A stretch of 64,000 nt of DNA from Styela clava (GCF_964204865.1 NC_135262.1:3596001-3660000), one strand, 5' to 3'. Positions 50,744 to 63,830 are shown, numbered from the stretch's first letter. The notes: a model not told the origin generated them from the letters alone. Made by a program: numbers and translations.

Positions 50744-51246
50744 ATGGACCTTTCCCCGACCTTTGACCCCCGAAAAATTCTTTCTATACTTTACCATTGG
50801 AAAATTTTCGGGGGTATTTTAAGAGTGCCTTTGCGAGTTGGCGCCTGTAAAATGGGGTATGTGTTTCAAACCATCATTAGGATCCATCGCATACAACAAT
50901 CCGTTTTTTAAAAGTATCGGTAAAGAATCTTAGCCTAGTCTATCCCAGCTATTTCTACACTAACATTTTATTACTGCAATTAAATTAAAACTCCTAGGAG
51001 GAAAGAGTGATCATTGAATTATCTGATTTATATTTAAGTTTCCGAAACACAACTGAAAACTAACGAATAGAGTCCAAAAACGCGAAAACGATGTAATGTT
51101 TACGACCACGCTTGAAAATCTGTCTGAGTGAGAAAAGTGTCTGAGCGGATGCAAAAAGGGAGCATTGTTACGTCACTTTTTGCATCTTGCTGATTGGTCA
51201 ATGTCACGAAGTAAACAAGGAAGTCGATACTCGGGGAAAGGTCCAT
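50744..51246. mobile_element. Unclassified 503-bp TIR element
   Basis: Perfect 16-bp inverted repeat ATGGACCTTTCCCCGA / TCGGGGAAAGGTCCAT; internal hairpin CCCCGAAAA...TTTTCGGGG; no clear TSD. Confidence 0.7.
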
Positions 51247-51969
51247 ATCTAACGATTTGTAAGGGTTTCTATTTACTTTAAAAAAACTGGAATCTTCAAC
51301 TTATTTAAAGTTCAACGGAAATGAAAAATGTAGTACTTGGCACATTGTATATTGCCAATTTGCCAATAGTGGAAGAACGTTGATAGACCGGTTAAAAACA
51401 GACTAGATGTGTTTTTCTTAGAAATGCCTGCACAACGTATAAATATACAAAACTGTAATCAATATACAGATAAAAATGATTGAATAATATAATTTTATAT
51501 ATTATATAAATTATATTATTTATTTATTTAACTGTACATTTCGTTCAATAACGTCGAAAGGTGAAAATAAAAATTTTAGTATATATTTTTTATTCTAACT
51601 AGGTATATAAATACATTCAATATCAATATAAAAGAAATGAACATGTATAAAAAGAAAAGAAAACATTTTATCCTAAGGCTAGAACATTTGCAAGTTTATT
51701 CAAGTTTGCAAAAAAATGTTCTTCTTAGAAGACATGATAGTTTATTTGAAGAAACTGTATGCAAATTTACCATAATGACTTTAAATATAATATTCAACTT
51801 TACTCAAAATAAATAAACACCAGTAGAGCTGGATAAGGTATAGCTTTGATACTCTTACATCCACCACAAAGTAGAAACCATACTCTTAAGAAGATTGCAG
51901 ACCAAAAACAAAATCTAGTTAACAACTTCTACGAGGTTGCAGGGCCAAACAATATTAAGCGAATTATTT

Positions 51970-52178
51970 GGTACTTCCGTAGTATGTGTACCAAGTTAGG
52001 GTTAGGCCATAATTTTATTTGGACTTTCCTTATTTTAGTTTTATTACGAGTTCGGGACTGTCTGTGTTAGCTAAGTGATTATACCCCCCGTAGGTTTCAG
52101 TCCCTTTATACAACTCGATGTAAAGTGGGAGAACAAAATTAGTTACCTCCATATTGGTACACACATTTCTGGAGCGCC
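51970..52178 (+). mobile_element. Merlin-like MITE, subfamily B
   Basis: GGTACTTCCG...GGAGCGCC with perfect TSD AATTATTT. Confidence 0.9.
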
Positions 52179-52608
52179 AATTATTTTATATAAAATGTGA
52201 TTTCAGCCTTCGGAATAATTTTAGTGGTTCTCTTCATGCCGCAACAATCATCTCTTGTAAACAACTTCACTGCAAATGAGTTTGTTTAGGTTCGAGCATA
52301 TTTCTTTTCCAAGTATTCATATGACAACAATCAGCAAATTCATAACATGTTTTTGTTGATGTGACAGTTTTGTATCTGTTACTAACGTTGTGAAAATAAA
52401 TCATGTCTATAAATGTATTTTCACATACAAGAAAATGATAACAATACGTGATTGTTTGCAATGTTAAAACGCATGTATATTTATAGTTTCCGTCTATATC
52501 AAAAATATTAATAGATCATTATAAAAATAATATTTTCAGGTGTTGTAGACGCACGATAAATCATTTTAAACTTCCTAATATCAATCCACGACAATGAACA
52601 ATGATATA

Positions 52609-53005
52609 CAGCATGCATGGCCAACCTGCTTTCGACCGCGATTCTGATATCTTCAAAATAGCACGCGATCGACTGATCGGTAATAAGGTCCTACACAAAA
52701 AGGAATGGTTACTGAACATGCAGATAACTACACACATGCATACATGCATGCCGTAAGTGTAGAAAATTCTTCAACCTTGACAAGTCTTCATGTGTTATCT
52801 AAACAGCGAAAAATCAATATTCCCAAACCATGAATGTTACATGACAGCTCGAACTTCAGTATCTAATTTACAATTTCTTCCAAGTACGATACTCCGCTCT
52901 TTTGGGGTGTTTTATTAAATTCACCCAACATCAGACGCGATCGAATGCTCGAGACATGACAACCGACCGACCGGTCGATCGCAATCGACGTGTTGGCCAC
53001 TTCTG
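52609..53005. mobile_element. Decayed hAT-like MITE
   Basis: TGGCCAAC near the left end and GTTGGCCACTTCTG at the right end; CGCGATCGA-type subterminal repeats at both ends. Confidence 0.55.
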
Positions 53006-53721
53006 ATATATATCTATAGATCGTTTTACAAAAATTGTGAAGTGAAAATCGCTTTTCTCAGCAACTAACGGAACAATCACTTTCAGACAATCACAATTTT
53101 CAGACTTTAAAATAGAATCCAAATATTTTTCTTTTATTTCATTTTCTTACTGAACTCGATGTTTCATCCCGAATATATCTGTTTTTATTTTCCTAATTAA
53201 CGAGATATTAAGGCTTCATTAACAACGCCAAAATATGATTATTTTTTTTATATTCCCGTCTACAAGAAAAAATTGAATTTGGTGAAAACAACGTTATCAG
53301 TGGCCTCATCTATCACATAAATGTCTGTGATAAACTTTATTTTATCATTCCTAATGTCAGCAAGAATTTTCGATATCAAACGTTAGATATATTACCAAAA
53401 TGTCAGGATACCGTGTCCGTAAAATTGACTTTATATACTAGTGATTTGAGTCATGGCATTCGGAGATAAATCATGTTTTGAAAAATATTAAAATCTTTAT
53501 CTTTTCACAAAATATACTTTACGATCACCACGCTTCACTTTTTTTTTACAAGATTCATGATAATATTTCAATCATATAAACGCCACAAACCAGCCTCCGG
53601 TCCGACTCGCCAGCTGTTACAGACTAACTTGTAAAATCATAACCGCTTTGAATATTCCTGAATACGCCCCTGCTACGGAACCACTCCTTATTTAGGCTTG
53701 GGAATAAGAAGAAGCACTCAC

Positions 53722-53898
53722 TTCCTTTCAACATGGCGAGCATCTTGTGCAGTCTGAAATCAAATTAGTTAAATGTATCTATCTTGATATCTTTTTTTTT
53801 TGGAAGACGAGTTAAAATATGGGAACTTTTGATAAACTTACCATCCCCGTATCATATTTGCGCACATTTTGGCATAAGGGGAATGCACCGGTATCAAA
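53722..53898 (-). CDS. Candidate pair of small exons (53898-53842 and 53753-53722) of an unidentified spliced transcript
   Basis: AAAG|57 bp|GTAAGT, then an 88-bp intron with branch-like TAACTAAT and TTTCAG|32 bp|GTGAGT. The spliced frame is open: FDTGAFPLCQNVRKYDTGM-TAQDARHVER. No homology recognised. Confidence 0.35.
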
Positions 53899-54225
53899 CT
53901 TTTAAAATAATAAAGTACAATTAAATGGGGCAATAATATATAATTTTTTCTAATAATTCTAATTTTATTGCAATCTAATTTTTGCAAATATTCTTTACAA
54001 ATAATCAACTATATTTATTTATCCAGGAACGTATATGTCATGTATAACAAAAAAGTTAGCTGGCTAAAAAAATATTCAACAGTGGAATACACTGACATTG
54101 CATTTTATAACATGCTTCCCTAATACAGGTTCATTTATCCATTTAAAACTTGAGCTTGTCACATCTACATAGTCTACATAGAAAAATAAATAATAAATAA
54201 CAGAGAAGCTCAATATGCAATATTT

Positions 54226-54436
54226 GGCGCTCCAAAAGTGTGTTTACCAATATGGCGGTAACTAGTTTTGTTCGCCTATTTCACATCAATTTGTGTAGAG
54301 GGACTGAATCCTATAACAAGAGGACATTCACATACCTAACACAGGCAGTCCCCGAACTCGTAATAGAACTAAAATAAGGAAATCGGAATCAAATTATGGC
54401 CTAACCCTAATCTGCTACTCATACTTCGAGAGTACC
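54226..54436 (-). mobile_element. Merlin-like MITE, subfamily B
   Basis: GGCGCTCC...GAGTACC with perfect TSD CAATATTT. Confidence 0.9.
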
Positions 54437-56634
54437 CAATATTTTAATTAGCTGTCAATATAATGTCAACCTTGTTAAATTTGACATTTCATGAAGTTTC
54501 ATTATCTTAAAATAAGTTTGAGTAATATTGAGATCTATTGACGTCAAATTAAAAGAGATTTGATATTTAATATTATAATAATCTCTCATTGTCTTATATT
54601 CTTTATGGTTAATCAACTTTTCATGCCCATAAAAAATTACCTTTGTAAGATAAAATTTATCATAGGACTCTCTTGAATTAGATTTATTATGAACTTGGCA
54701 CTTTTTTAAAGGTAAAATTAATCATAAAATCAGATGAATCAGATCAACAAAACGATTTCACCCATTTTGCCTTATATAAAAAAAAAGCATTTCTCAAAAG
54801 TAATTATTTGAAAGTATAAGTAAAGTCGTAATAAAGTGGCAATGTGATACAGTTGTTCTGCGTAATAGTTGTTTTGAGCTATAAATTTCAGCCGATGAAA
54901 AAAAATAATTGCAAAGCAAATAAGTGTGATAATTGTCGGAAATTTGACTATATATCCTCAAAAATCTATGTTTTGTTGATACACCTAATTTGATATAAAC
55001 CGTTTTTAATCTACATTAAAATTCTCTAATTGAATTTTACACTCGGATTCTCATTTTTCATGACATTGCTCATGTTGTGGGAAACTGTATTTTGCGCTGT
55101 TTTCTTGATAATGACTGTTTTTCTATGCTTTTAAGGGGATTACAAGCTACTTTGTTTATTAAATAGAGATTTTCACATTCGCATTAAAGAGATAACAAAC
55201 GAATTATGGTTTAATCTAATAATACTTGGCTTCCTACAAAAATAGAAGATTTAAAACTGTATTAAGAAAATCACACTAGTTATACTATGATATATATACG
55301 GCATACATTTGATCAGTTTTCATACATTGCACCAAAATAGCATATTTATTTATGCTTCTGTGAATTACATGACCATCCACCCTTCGATCAGACAGTTTGG
55401 AGCCATACCCTGACCTCAATATTGTCCTGATCACGTTTTGAAACCTGTAGACTTTAGACACGCTGAGTTATTGACGTTTTCGATATTCTTTGAAATTTGC
55501 AACCTCATTTTTGACTCACAAATTAAAATAAAAAATCATCTTTTTGATTATTTCGTGTAATATTAAATTTTGTTTTTGTAGTTTATTTCATGAGATTAAA
55601 ATTAGTTCAATTCTCCCAAAGTTTTTCAATCAACAATATTGTCTGATCATGTACATGCAATGTAATACGATTAAGCATGAGAAATATGAGAAAGTACTTT
55701 TTCTTTGTTACAATTTGCCTTTCTCAAAAAGACCTGAAGTTACGTCAGAGTAAAATGACATGATTTATCATCTTATATGGTTTTGCGTTGGTGAGAAGGA
55801 TTTACAATCGGATTGCCCATGTTTTGAATGCAAATTTCCGACCAACCCAAGTCCCACACGTCATCTAACATGAGTGGGATGCTGAGAACATAAAACTTTT
55901 GCCCTTACTAAGCAGTATTTACCTTATTTTTTTACTATTGTAGAATTTGTATAAAAAACTTTCAACCTCTCAATTTTATGCCAAAACAAAAAATACTATT
56001 CTAAATTGCTTAAAACATTATATTGACAAAATATGTTGAGCCATGCATAGTGTTTTAGGCAGCTGACTCATCTTTAATTTACAAATTTTAGAAATTCTGG
56101 AAAAAAAAATATTTCCTTGTCATGTTTAGATAGTGTGCCCTCTAACAATATTACTTTTATAGGAGACAATACATAATTTGAAATAAAATATATATGATGC
56201 GCCTACAAACTTGTATATCACAGACTACTACTTGTTGATTGTATACGGACGTTCTATGCAAAATGACTGAAGGGAAGAAGCGCGAAAAAGATTAGATCGC
56301 ATAAAATAATATGATTGGATGGTTTTTGAAGTTATATAGCCAAATAGTACTCTAGCATACGCTTGTAAAAAGCCATGAATGAATTTTCGGGGCCTAACAT
56401 TTAATAAAAAAAATGTAAAGTGACTTATACAATATAACAGAGGGGAAAAGGCGCAAAAACGGTTCAGGGAACGTTACGAATGCACTAGTTTACATAAAAA
56501 ATTAATTTGAATCATTTTTTATACGACTCGTATTCACGTCTTTCACTCTAAACAAGAAACCCATTTTTAGAAGGCCACCGATATTTCGGAGGCTACTTTC
56601 GTGTCTACTTTATGACAGGCATTACCTACTCACA

Positions 56635-56745
56635 TCATTACACCTTGGATGAGATGGGGGCATGAACTTTGAAGCAGAGATGTCTAATCTGCGAAGCTAA
56701 TACATTTGGGCCTAGCCCTTTTACCGCAAGGCCATCGAGCGCCCG
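56635..56745 (-). mobile_element. SINE fragment, same family as 25740-25845
   Basis: Shares TTACACC.TGG.TGA..TGGGGG and TAATCTGCGAAGC.AATACA with 25740-25845. Confidence 0.5.
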
Positions 56746-57230
56746 ACAGTTATGTGTTTCGCAATGTGTATTCTATCAGTATTTACGCTGATATAAATGA
56801 ACTCAGATGTCAAATTCGAAAAAAACAAGCATCGAAAAATCGATTTCATGTTTCATTTTCTTAAAATATAAATAGCCAAATTGGTGAAATCAACGACTAA
56901 ATTAAGCTCAACAAAACCAAATGTACTACTTATATTTAATCCGTCAAGGAAAGTCTTTATTCAACAAATAAAAATTAATTCAATAAGCAATTTTCAGATG
57001 CGACCTAAATTAAATAGATTTTCTGTATAAATGTGAAAGAATTTGTGATTGTATCATTGTATGAAGAAGATATAATAAGCTGCATTAACACATATATATT
57101 TAGATAACTTTCAGTTTCATTCCTAGGTGTGTAACTAACAAGTTTTGCTATTTTCTATATGAATAAACACGTTTTAATGTGTTTTGCAAATGAAGAAAAA
57201 TACCATTTATGTAACACATACTCAATAAAC

Positions 57231-57445
57231 GATACTCCCGTATTGTGTGTTCAAGGTTAGGGTTATGTCGTAATTTCATTCCAATTTTCATTATTTTAGT
57301 TCTATTACGTGTTCGGGGACTGTCTGTGGGTTAGCAAGTGAATATACCCCCTGCCCATAGGTTTCAGTCCTTTTACACAACTTGATGTAAAGTAGACGAA
57401 CAAAATTAGTTACCTCCATATTGGTACACACACTTCTGGAGCTCC
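57231..57445 (+). mobile_element. Merlin-like MITE, subfamily B
   Basis: GATACTCCCG...GGAGCTCC with perfect TSD CAATAAAC. Confidence 0.9.
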
Positions 57446-57825
57446 CAATAAACAGCTGCACATTTCAACTGGACAATACTGAGTAGCATCTTGAGAATTT
57501 CAATAATTGCGTTATAAGTTATTTTATCCTGTGTTACATTACAAATATATCCGCATGGTTTCATGGGTTTCATAAGGCAAAAAACGATTCAAATGATTAG
57601 TGTTTACTTTACGTATTTGTAATCTGGTTGTCACTAAGTGGCGGAGACCTTTTGCTCAGATAAAGAATTCTCTTAATAATAATGCATGCACACAATATAA
57701 CTCGCTAATCGGAAGATGGATATCAATGTATTGCGCTTCGTAAGCATGGGAAAGTGTCATAGGCAATTTCTCATTTTTACTGTATTTTTGTTGACGTCAG
57801 TGTTGATACAAACGTCGACTACCGT

Positions 57826-58543
57826 TAGGGTTGCCAACTTTGCGGTAAACCGTTCCGGGACACTTGATGATCGCACAGCGTTTTTCACAAACTTCAAACC
57901 TGTAATTTTATCATGATTCACAAAGAAACTCGTAAAATGTTGACACTTTGCAAAAAAAACTAAAAACAGTGACAAGATACAATTTGTGCAAAATAAATTT
58001 AATTAATACTAAAAAATCACAGTCTTTCTGGTGTTTAAATTTATATTTTTCTTGTGATTTTGCCGTTTTAGGAAGATCTCTGTTATTATCTTTGTTAGTT
58101 TCCACAAATGAATTTTTATTTTAATTTCCTGCCAAAAGTTTATGCTAAAGTTTGTAATTCTCGCGAAAGTGTAATAATCGATGAACTCCCGCTAAGACAA
58201 AAAGCTGTCAGCATGGCGTCCTAAGATAGAAGGCTATGCAAGCCTGAAAACTGACTGAATAGGATGCACTAGCAAAGCATTATGAACTAAAAACACAAAA
58301 CGTTGTTACAAACCGCTACTTTATTGAATAAATTTTTCAATAAAAATTTTCAAATCTCACTATTTTTTTTTTTTTCAAAGTTTTTCCGTTTCCAGTTTCG
58401 AACGAAGCCCACACGTTTACATTATTTGAGAACGCCTTGGTTCTTAGTAAACTCCGAAACAACCGTAGCTCAGCCCGGGACACGCAACGCGAGATGTAAA
58501 TTCCGAGACTGTCCCGGCCATTCCGGGACGGTTGGTAGCCCTA
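57826..58543. mobile_element. Non-autonomous hAT element (Blackjack-like ends), 718 bp
   Basis: TIR TAGGGTTGCCAAC / GTTGGTAGCCCTA, perfect 8-bp TSD ACTACCGT (57818-57825 and 58544-58551), CCGGGAC subterminal repeats. Confidence 0.9.
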
Positions 58544-58589
58544 ACTACCGTATATGGTGACTGCTATATACATATGAGCCATCTTTCAT

Positions 58590-59000
58590 TTAACATGTGT
58601 TTTTAACAAAAAATATCAAAGATACGGTATTGATTGTTATTCTTTTTATTCTTGTTCTTGTTATGATAAATTCTCTTTTTTTTTACTTATATACTTGGAC
58701 CAATTGCTTTGAAATTTGCGATGGTTAAAGATTGTCGTTGTCGCTATAGAAGGCTATCACTTTTTTATTTTGAAAATTTCTATAGCTCTTTCGAAGTTCG
58801 TTTTTTCGTGTGCGTTGACGTCATTTAAATTAAAAATGGCGCACTTTGTGGCAGTTCCGCTTTGACTTAAATTGATATCTGGTGGCCATGCAAAATCGTG
58901 AAGACTACACTGCGGTACCGGTAGTACTGTGACAAATCGCATACCCGTGCTATTTTGTTTTGGTCTTCATGTCTATATATTTGAGCCATGATTTCTTGTT
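58590..59000. mobile_element. HINE-like element, family 2, opposite orientation
   Basis: TGGACCAATTGCTTTGAAATTT core and terminal TATATTTGAGC..TTTCTTGTT are reverse complements of parts of 24361-24606; left boundary approximate. Confidence 0.6.
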
Positions 59001-59202
59001 ATTGGATGTGAGATTGACTAAACTTAACGAGGCTATTTGGGATTGGAAACATCTGTGATCAATGAAACTTGTCGAAATGGAATTGACATAGAATGTCTTT
59101 AATTAAATCAGTCGCAATTTAAATAGTTCTCTTTCCGATGAAAGATCGCTTGCAAAGAATGTAAGTTCAACAGCCGTCATTTTGTAGGTAGAAGTCAATT
59201 TG

Positions 59203-59407
59203 TAGAAGTATGTGCACTAATATGGAGATAACTAATTTTGTTCGCCTACCCTACATCAAGTTGTGTAAAGGGACTTAAGCCTATGGACAGTGGGTATATT
59301 CACTTGGCTAACACAGACAGTCCCCAGACTCGTAATATAACTAAAATAAGGAAAATCGGAATAAAATAATCGCATATCCCTAATCTGGTACACATACTAC
59401 GGGAGTA
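59203..59407 (-). mobile_element. Merlin-like MITE, subfamily B
   Basis: Reverse complement of 57231-57445; ends TGGTACACATACTACGGGAGTA. Confidence 0.83.
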
Positions 59408-59573
59408 AAAATGCAGATACGATCATAAAATCCGAAAACTCGTTGAATGAAATTGTCTTGTGAGGGTGGGGAATTCCTCATTTTTGCCAGTGGGATTTTT
59501 TTTAAACTTCCTTATGAGTTCTATAATTGTTTGTGAAAGATATTTTGTCGAGGATATAATATAGTCTCTAGTT

Positions 59574-59855
59574 CAGTGGTTCTCAAACTTTTTAAGCTGC
59601 GCCTCTTTTTTAGAAGTTCCGTGCCCACCTCAAAAATAACAAGCTAACATTGAGTTACAAACAACAGATAGTAAGGCGAAAGTATGTTTCATTCAAAAAT
59701 ATAAGTTGAAAATACGTGTACATAATAAAGAAATGTAAATTTCAAAAAACAAAAGATTAAATCTAACATATATATATTTTTATTAGCTTCACACACCCTA
59801 AAACAATTATCTACGTCCCGGGTATGGGGCGCGCTCTACCGTTTGAAAACCACTA
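59574..59855. mobile_element. hAT MITE
   Basis: TIR CAGTGGTTCTCAAAC / GTTTGAAAACCACTA. Confidence 0.75.
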
Positions 59856-60729
59856 CTTAGCTGGAACCAACTTGAAAGCTGGTGAGATCCCACATTGCAA
59901 ATACTCGTTGATTGAAAAAATATTCATACTAATGACTTCACACCATGTTACCTTCATTGGTTGATTAATCAATCATTCATTAATGTCTCACTTATCACTA
60001 TTGATCTTGGCAACACGTTGAATTCACACGGTAGGGGATTAATTAGATCAAAAATTAGAAACAAATAAACTCAACGTGCTGACAGAAAATTTAAATATAA
60101 ACGCGTTGCCACAATTTCCAGGCTATTTGCGTATCAATAAATTTAGATGAAAGATTTATTTGAGATCGAACTCACCATTTGAGCACATGGGAACCGAGTT
60201 CAGTTGTTGCATCCAATAAATAAAAATATTTTTTATTGAAATATGATTTTATTGCGATGTCAGCTCTAAATACCGCTTGTATACAGGGTATTTTTCGGAA
60301 GGAAAAGTGAGAATAGTCGTCAGTCGTCATATATGAAAAAAACTTCTGTATATGTATTTATACATTGGAAAATAACTCTGTATATGGTGCGTTCCCAAGG
60401 GCGTGTTCGAGACAAGAAAACGAGAATGTTCGTCATATATATATCAACTTTATGATACATATTACCACATTAAAAAAACATTTTCATGAATACAAGTACG
60501 CATCTAACCCGTGCCAGCAATCTAAGCATTATCGAAATAAAATGGTCAGTTACATTTTTGCGCTAACACCTATGTTCACCAATAATATATTTAATCAGGA
60601 TATGGAATGTACGGTGGGTTTTAAAAATTTTAATAGCGAAGGCTTATCGAAGCAAATGGATACAATCTTAAAACCGAGGTATTGTAACAGCCGACTTCAC
60701 ATATCTAACAGATGACTAGTAAGACTAGT

Positions 60730-61072
60730 TGATTCAAACGCAAATTGAACACAATTTCAATATTATAGCGCAGGAGTGAATCGTTTTGTTTTTGTTGATA
60801 TACTTCCTAGTACTCTTCTCGTTATTGTTGTTGTGAAATAAAATTCTCTTGACTTACTGGACCAATTGCTTTCAAATTTTCAGTGGTTACGAACTGTTCT
60901 GTTGGCTCATTGGAATTTGTTTTTCACTTAAAGTTTTATTTGACGACGTTAGCAAAATTAAAATTGCGATCTTGTATCAGTCGGAGTCAGGAAGACTACC
61001 GGTACTGCAAAATATTTGATACTATTTTGTTTTGGCTTTCGTATCCATATATGTGAGTATTGCTCTCTTGCT
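60730..61072. mobile_element. HINE-like element, family 2, opposite orientation
   Basis: TACTGGACCAATTGCTTTCAAATTTTCAGTGGTTA core and terminal CGTATCCATATATGTGAGTATTGCTCTCTTG match 24361-24606 in reverse. Confidence 0.65.
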
Positions 61073-61109
61073 AATATAAATAATATAAGTGTTTGTACCA
61101 TAAAATATA

Positions 61110-61252
61110 TAAGGTGTCCATAAAGTCTTGAAATTTTCTAAAAATACAAGGGGAAATTCATCAATACCATGTATTGTGTAGGCCCTCACATGTGTATTAA
61201 ATGAAGTGAAAATACCTAAACAATTACTGATTAACACGAGGGACATTATGAA
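61110..61252 (-). mobile_element. Tc1/mariner MITE, internally deleted
   Basis: AAGGTGTCCATAAAGTC...GGCCCTCACATGTGTATTAAATGAAGT...GGGACATTATGAA matches the family. Confidence 0.75.
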
Positions 61253-62424
61253 GAAACAAGTTCTTGATAAGGTATTGCATTCCTAAACTAACCAAATCAC
61301 AATGTCAAAGTGTGAATTAAACAACAACGCAACTCGCTTGGAATTTGCGGTTCAACTTCACGACTAGACTGAGGTTTAACCCTTGACCCCTGCATTTCAT
61401 CTTTAATTAGCGGCGTGCTGACAGATGAACGATGTATTTAATGTTCAATGAAAGTTATGATGATATTAATAAATGCTAAACATGAACAAAGTTTCTTGTT
61501 GTGTGAATATTTTATTCGAAGAGATTTTTTTTTTGTGACTTTGCTGAAAAAGGAGGTCATGCTTAAGTAATGGCAAATCATTTTTAAACAATATCACTAC
61601 GACCACTGAAATGTCGAGACGAACAGGGCACATAGTTATGGTAGTAATTAACGAGTCAATGAATATATTGGTTAAAAACAGTATATAGTTAAAAGATTTG
61701 CGTTCAATGGGCAAGATTAATTGCTGTTGAACGTAAAAATAAGATTTTTTCAATACCATCGTTCAATGAATGCGTTTTCTGAGCTTTCTTCTGATTTGCA
61801 TTTAATGACATTTTTATATACAATACAAATATTTATTATATGTCCCTTATCCGACACAGAGAATTCAATTATTTCAGCATTTTCATAAGTGGGAAACTTT
61901 AAGTCAAATAATAACATAAATTAAATAGAACTACGTTATACATTGTTTCTCATTTACACTCGACAATTATTACTACAATTCGATGCAATTACTATTAATG
62001 ATTCATACTTAATTGGAGAATAACATATAATTTTAAGATTAACCATCACACCGTGACTAAGATCTCGTTAAAAAACGGGTCCTGTGAGAAAAGTAGTTCA
62101 AATAGTAATTTAATAAAAACCACTGAAGATTTAAAAAAATACTCATATTTATATTGTAAAGTAATATCGATGTTTGAGATTTCACAAAAATTTCATTTTG
62201 AATCTTGAAGCCTTTACAGAACTTTGAAATAATGTAGACAATTTATAACAGAAACGAAATATGCGATTGTTAAAAAAAGATTGATTTTTGTTTTTACATA
62301 ATGATGTAATCTAGTTTTCAACTCACTAATACTATGATCAAATTCTGACCAGCAGAAATATTTCTTGGGCTATTTTTTTAGCTAAAACCTCAAAATTTGG
62401 TTTCAGTTCTCTTGTGGCAGCATC

Positions 62425-62491
62425 AGGCGGGCCAGATGGAGTTACCCAACGGGTCGTATGTGGCCCGCTGGCCGTAGTTTGCCCATGGCTG
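62425..62491. mobile_element. hAT MITE right-end fragment
   Basis: GGCCCGCTGGCCGTAGTTTGCCCATGGCTG followed by GTCTAGAG, resembling a hAT-Charlie terminus and NNCTAGNN target. Confidence 0.55.
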
Positions 62492-63739
62492 GTCTAGAGT
62501 CTACTAAATATTTAGCATGTAATTAGAAAAACACCTCAATTTTTCAAAGTCTGTTTTTGTTACAGTTTATTTATATTTACACGTTTTGAGAAAGTGCTTT
62601 CTCGCGAAAGTGCAATTATATTGTGTTAATTAACGGGTCATTTAATGGGAGAATTATCTAGCTCATGACTCGGTTTATTTATAAGTTTCTTATAATTAAT
62701 GCTGATTCATGTTTAATTGTCGATGCAGAATTTGAAAGATGAATGATTATATTCTGAATTGCTTTATCGAATTATTTTAACTTAAAGTCAGATTTTTGCG
62801 TTAATGTCTTTCGGTGAACGTATTGTGTTAATTTCGGTTGAACTGATGGGAGAATTAGCTGTCGCGTGTTTATTTTATGTCTGATATAATTAATACTGAT
62901 TCATGTTTAATGGTTACAGATTTGTTTAATTATTTTCCAAATTTAAAAATGAGCATCAATGTGTTAGACATATTTTCTTTGAGTTTATTTAAACCATACC
63001 CTGCGTGGGTTTCATAATATTCTTGAAATCTATAAATATCTATATCTATACATATATAGCATTATATCATTTACAGTGGTTGAAACAATATTGAACTCTG
63101 AGCACATAAACATAATATTTATTTATAAAAAAGGACCTTTAGTTCATGACTTTATAAATGTTGCAACGATTCATGTAACTATTATTGATGATTCACACTT
63201 TATTACTAGGTGCAACATATTATATCACTTACATTTATACTAAGGTGAAAAGTTTATACAAAAAGTATTACAATAAAAAAAATATTGAAATAATATAATA
63301 TTAAATAAAAGCACTAAAATAGAGATGAAACTTATACACAACGTTTCAAAAGCTAAATTTTGTCTATTAAAGGTTACTGGCCCAATGAACCTAATATTTT
63401 AAAATTTAATTTTTATAGCGTGAAACTGTTCGATATATTTGTAGAAACGTTATTTTATAATTAACGAGAAACACTTCGTGTATTATAAACATTTCTGAAT
63501 GATTCATATTTAATTGCAAAATACAAATATTTTTTTCAAATTAAATCCAAATTCAGAGTGACACAAGTTATGTTTCCTTTGCTATTATCTGCTGTGTGAC
63601 ATTACTAATTTTATTGCAGTTTATTTAATTTATGTTTGTGATTCATGTGTAACTGCCAAGGACAAAAAGATCTTCCTTATTTCAAATCGACGCAAATTCA
63701 GAGTGAGACTATTCATGTTTTCTTTTTAAAAGTGGTAAT

Positions 63740-63830
63740 TTAGGGCTTGGCATTTCGTATAGAGTACTCGAATCGAAGAGTAAATTATTTGAATCGGTTC
63801 GGACGAAAATTTCGGATTGCCGCCGAGGGT
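63740..63830. mobile_element. hAT-like left-end fragment
   Basis: TAGGGCTTGGCA followed by clustered TCGAAT/TTCG motifs typical of hAT-Ac-like subtermini. Confidence 0.4.

Noticed and set aside
53730-53770. AACATGGCG as a strong plus-strand start codon
   Set aside because: The frame closes after 11 codons (TAG) with no donor site; the minus-strand exon reading fits better.
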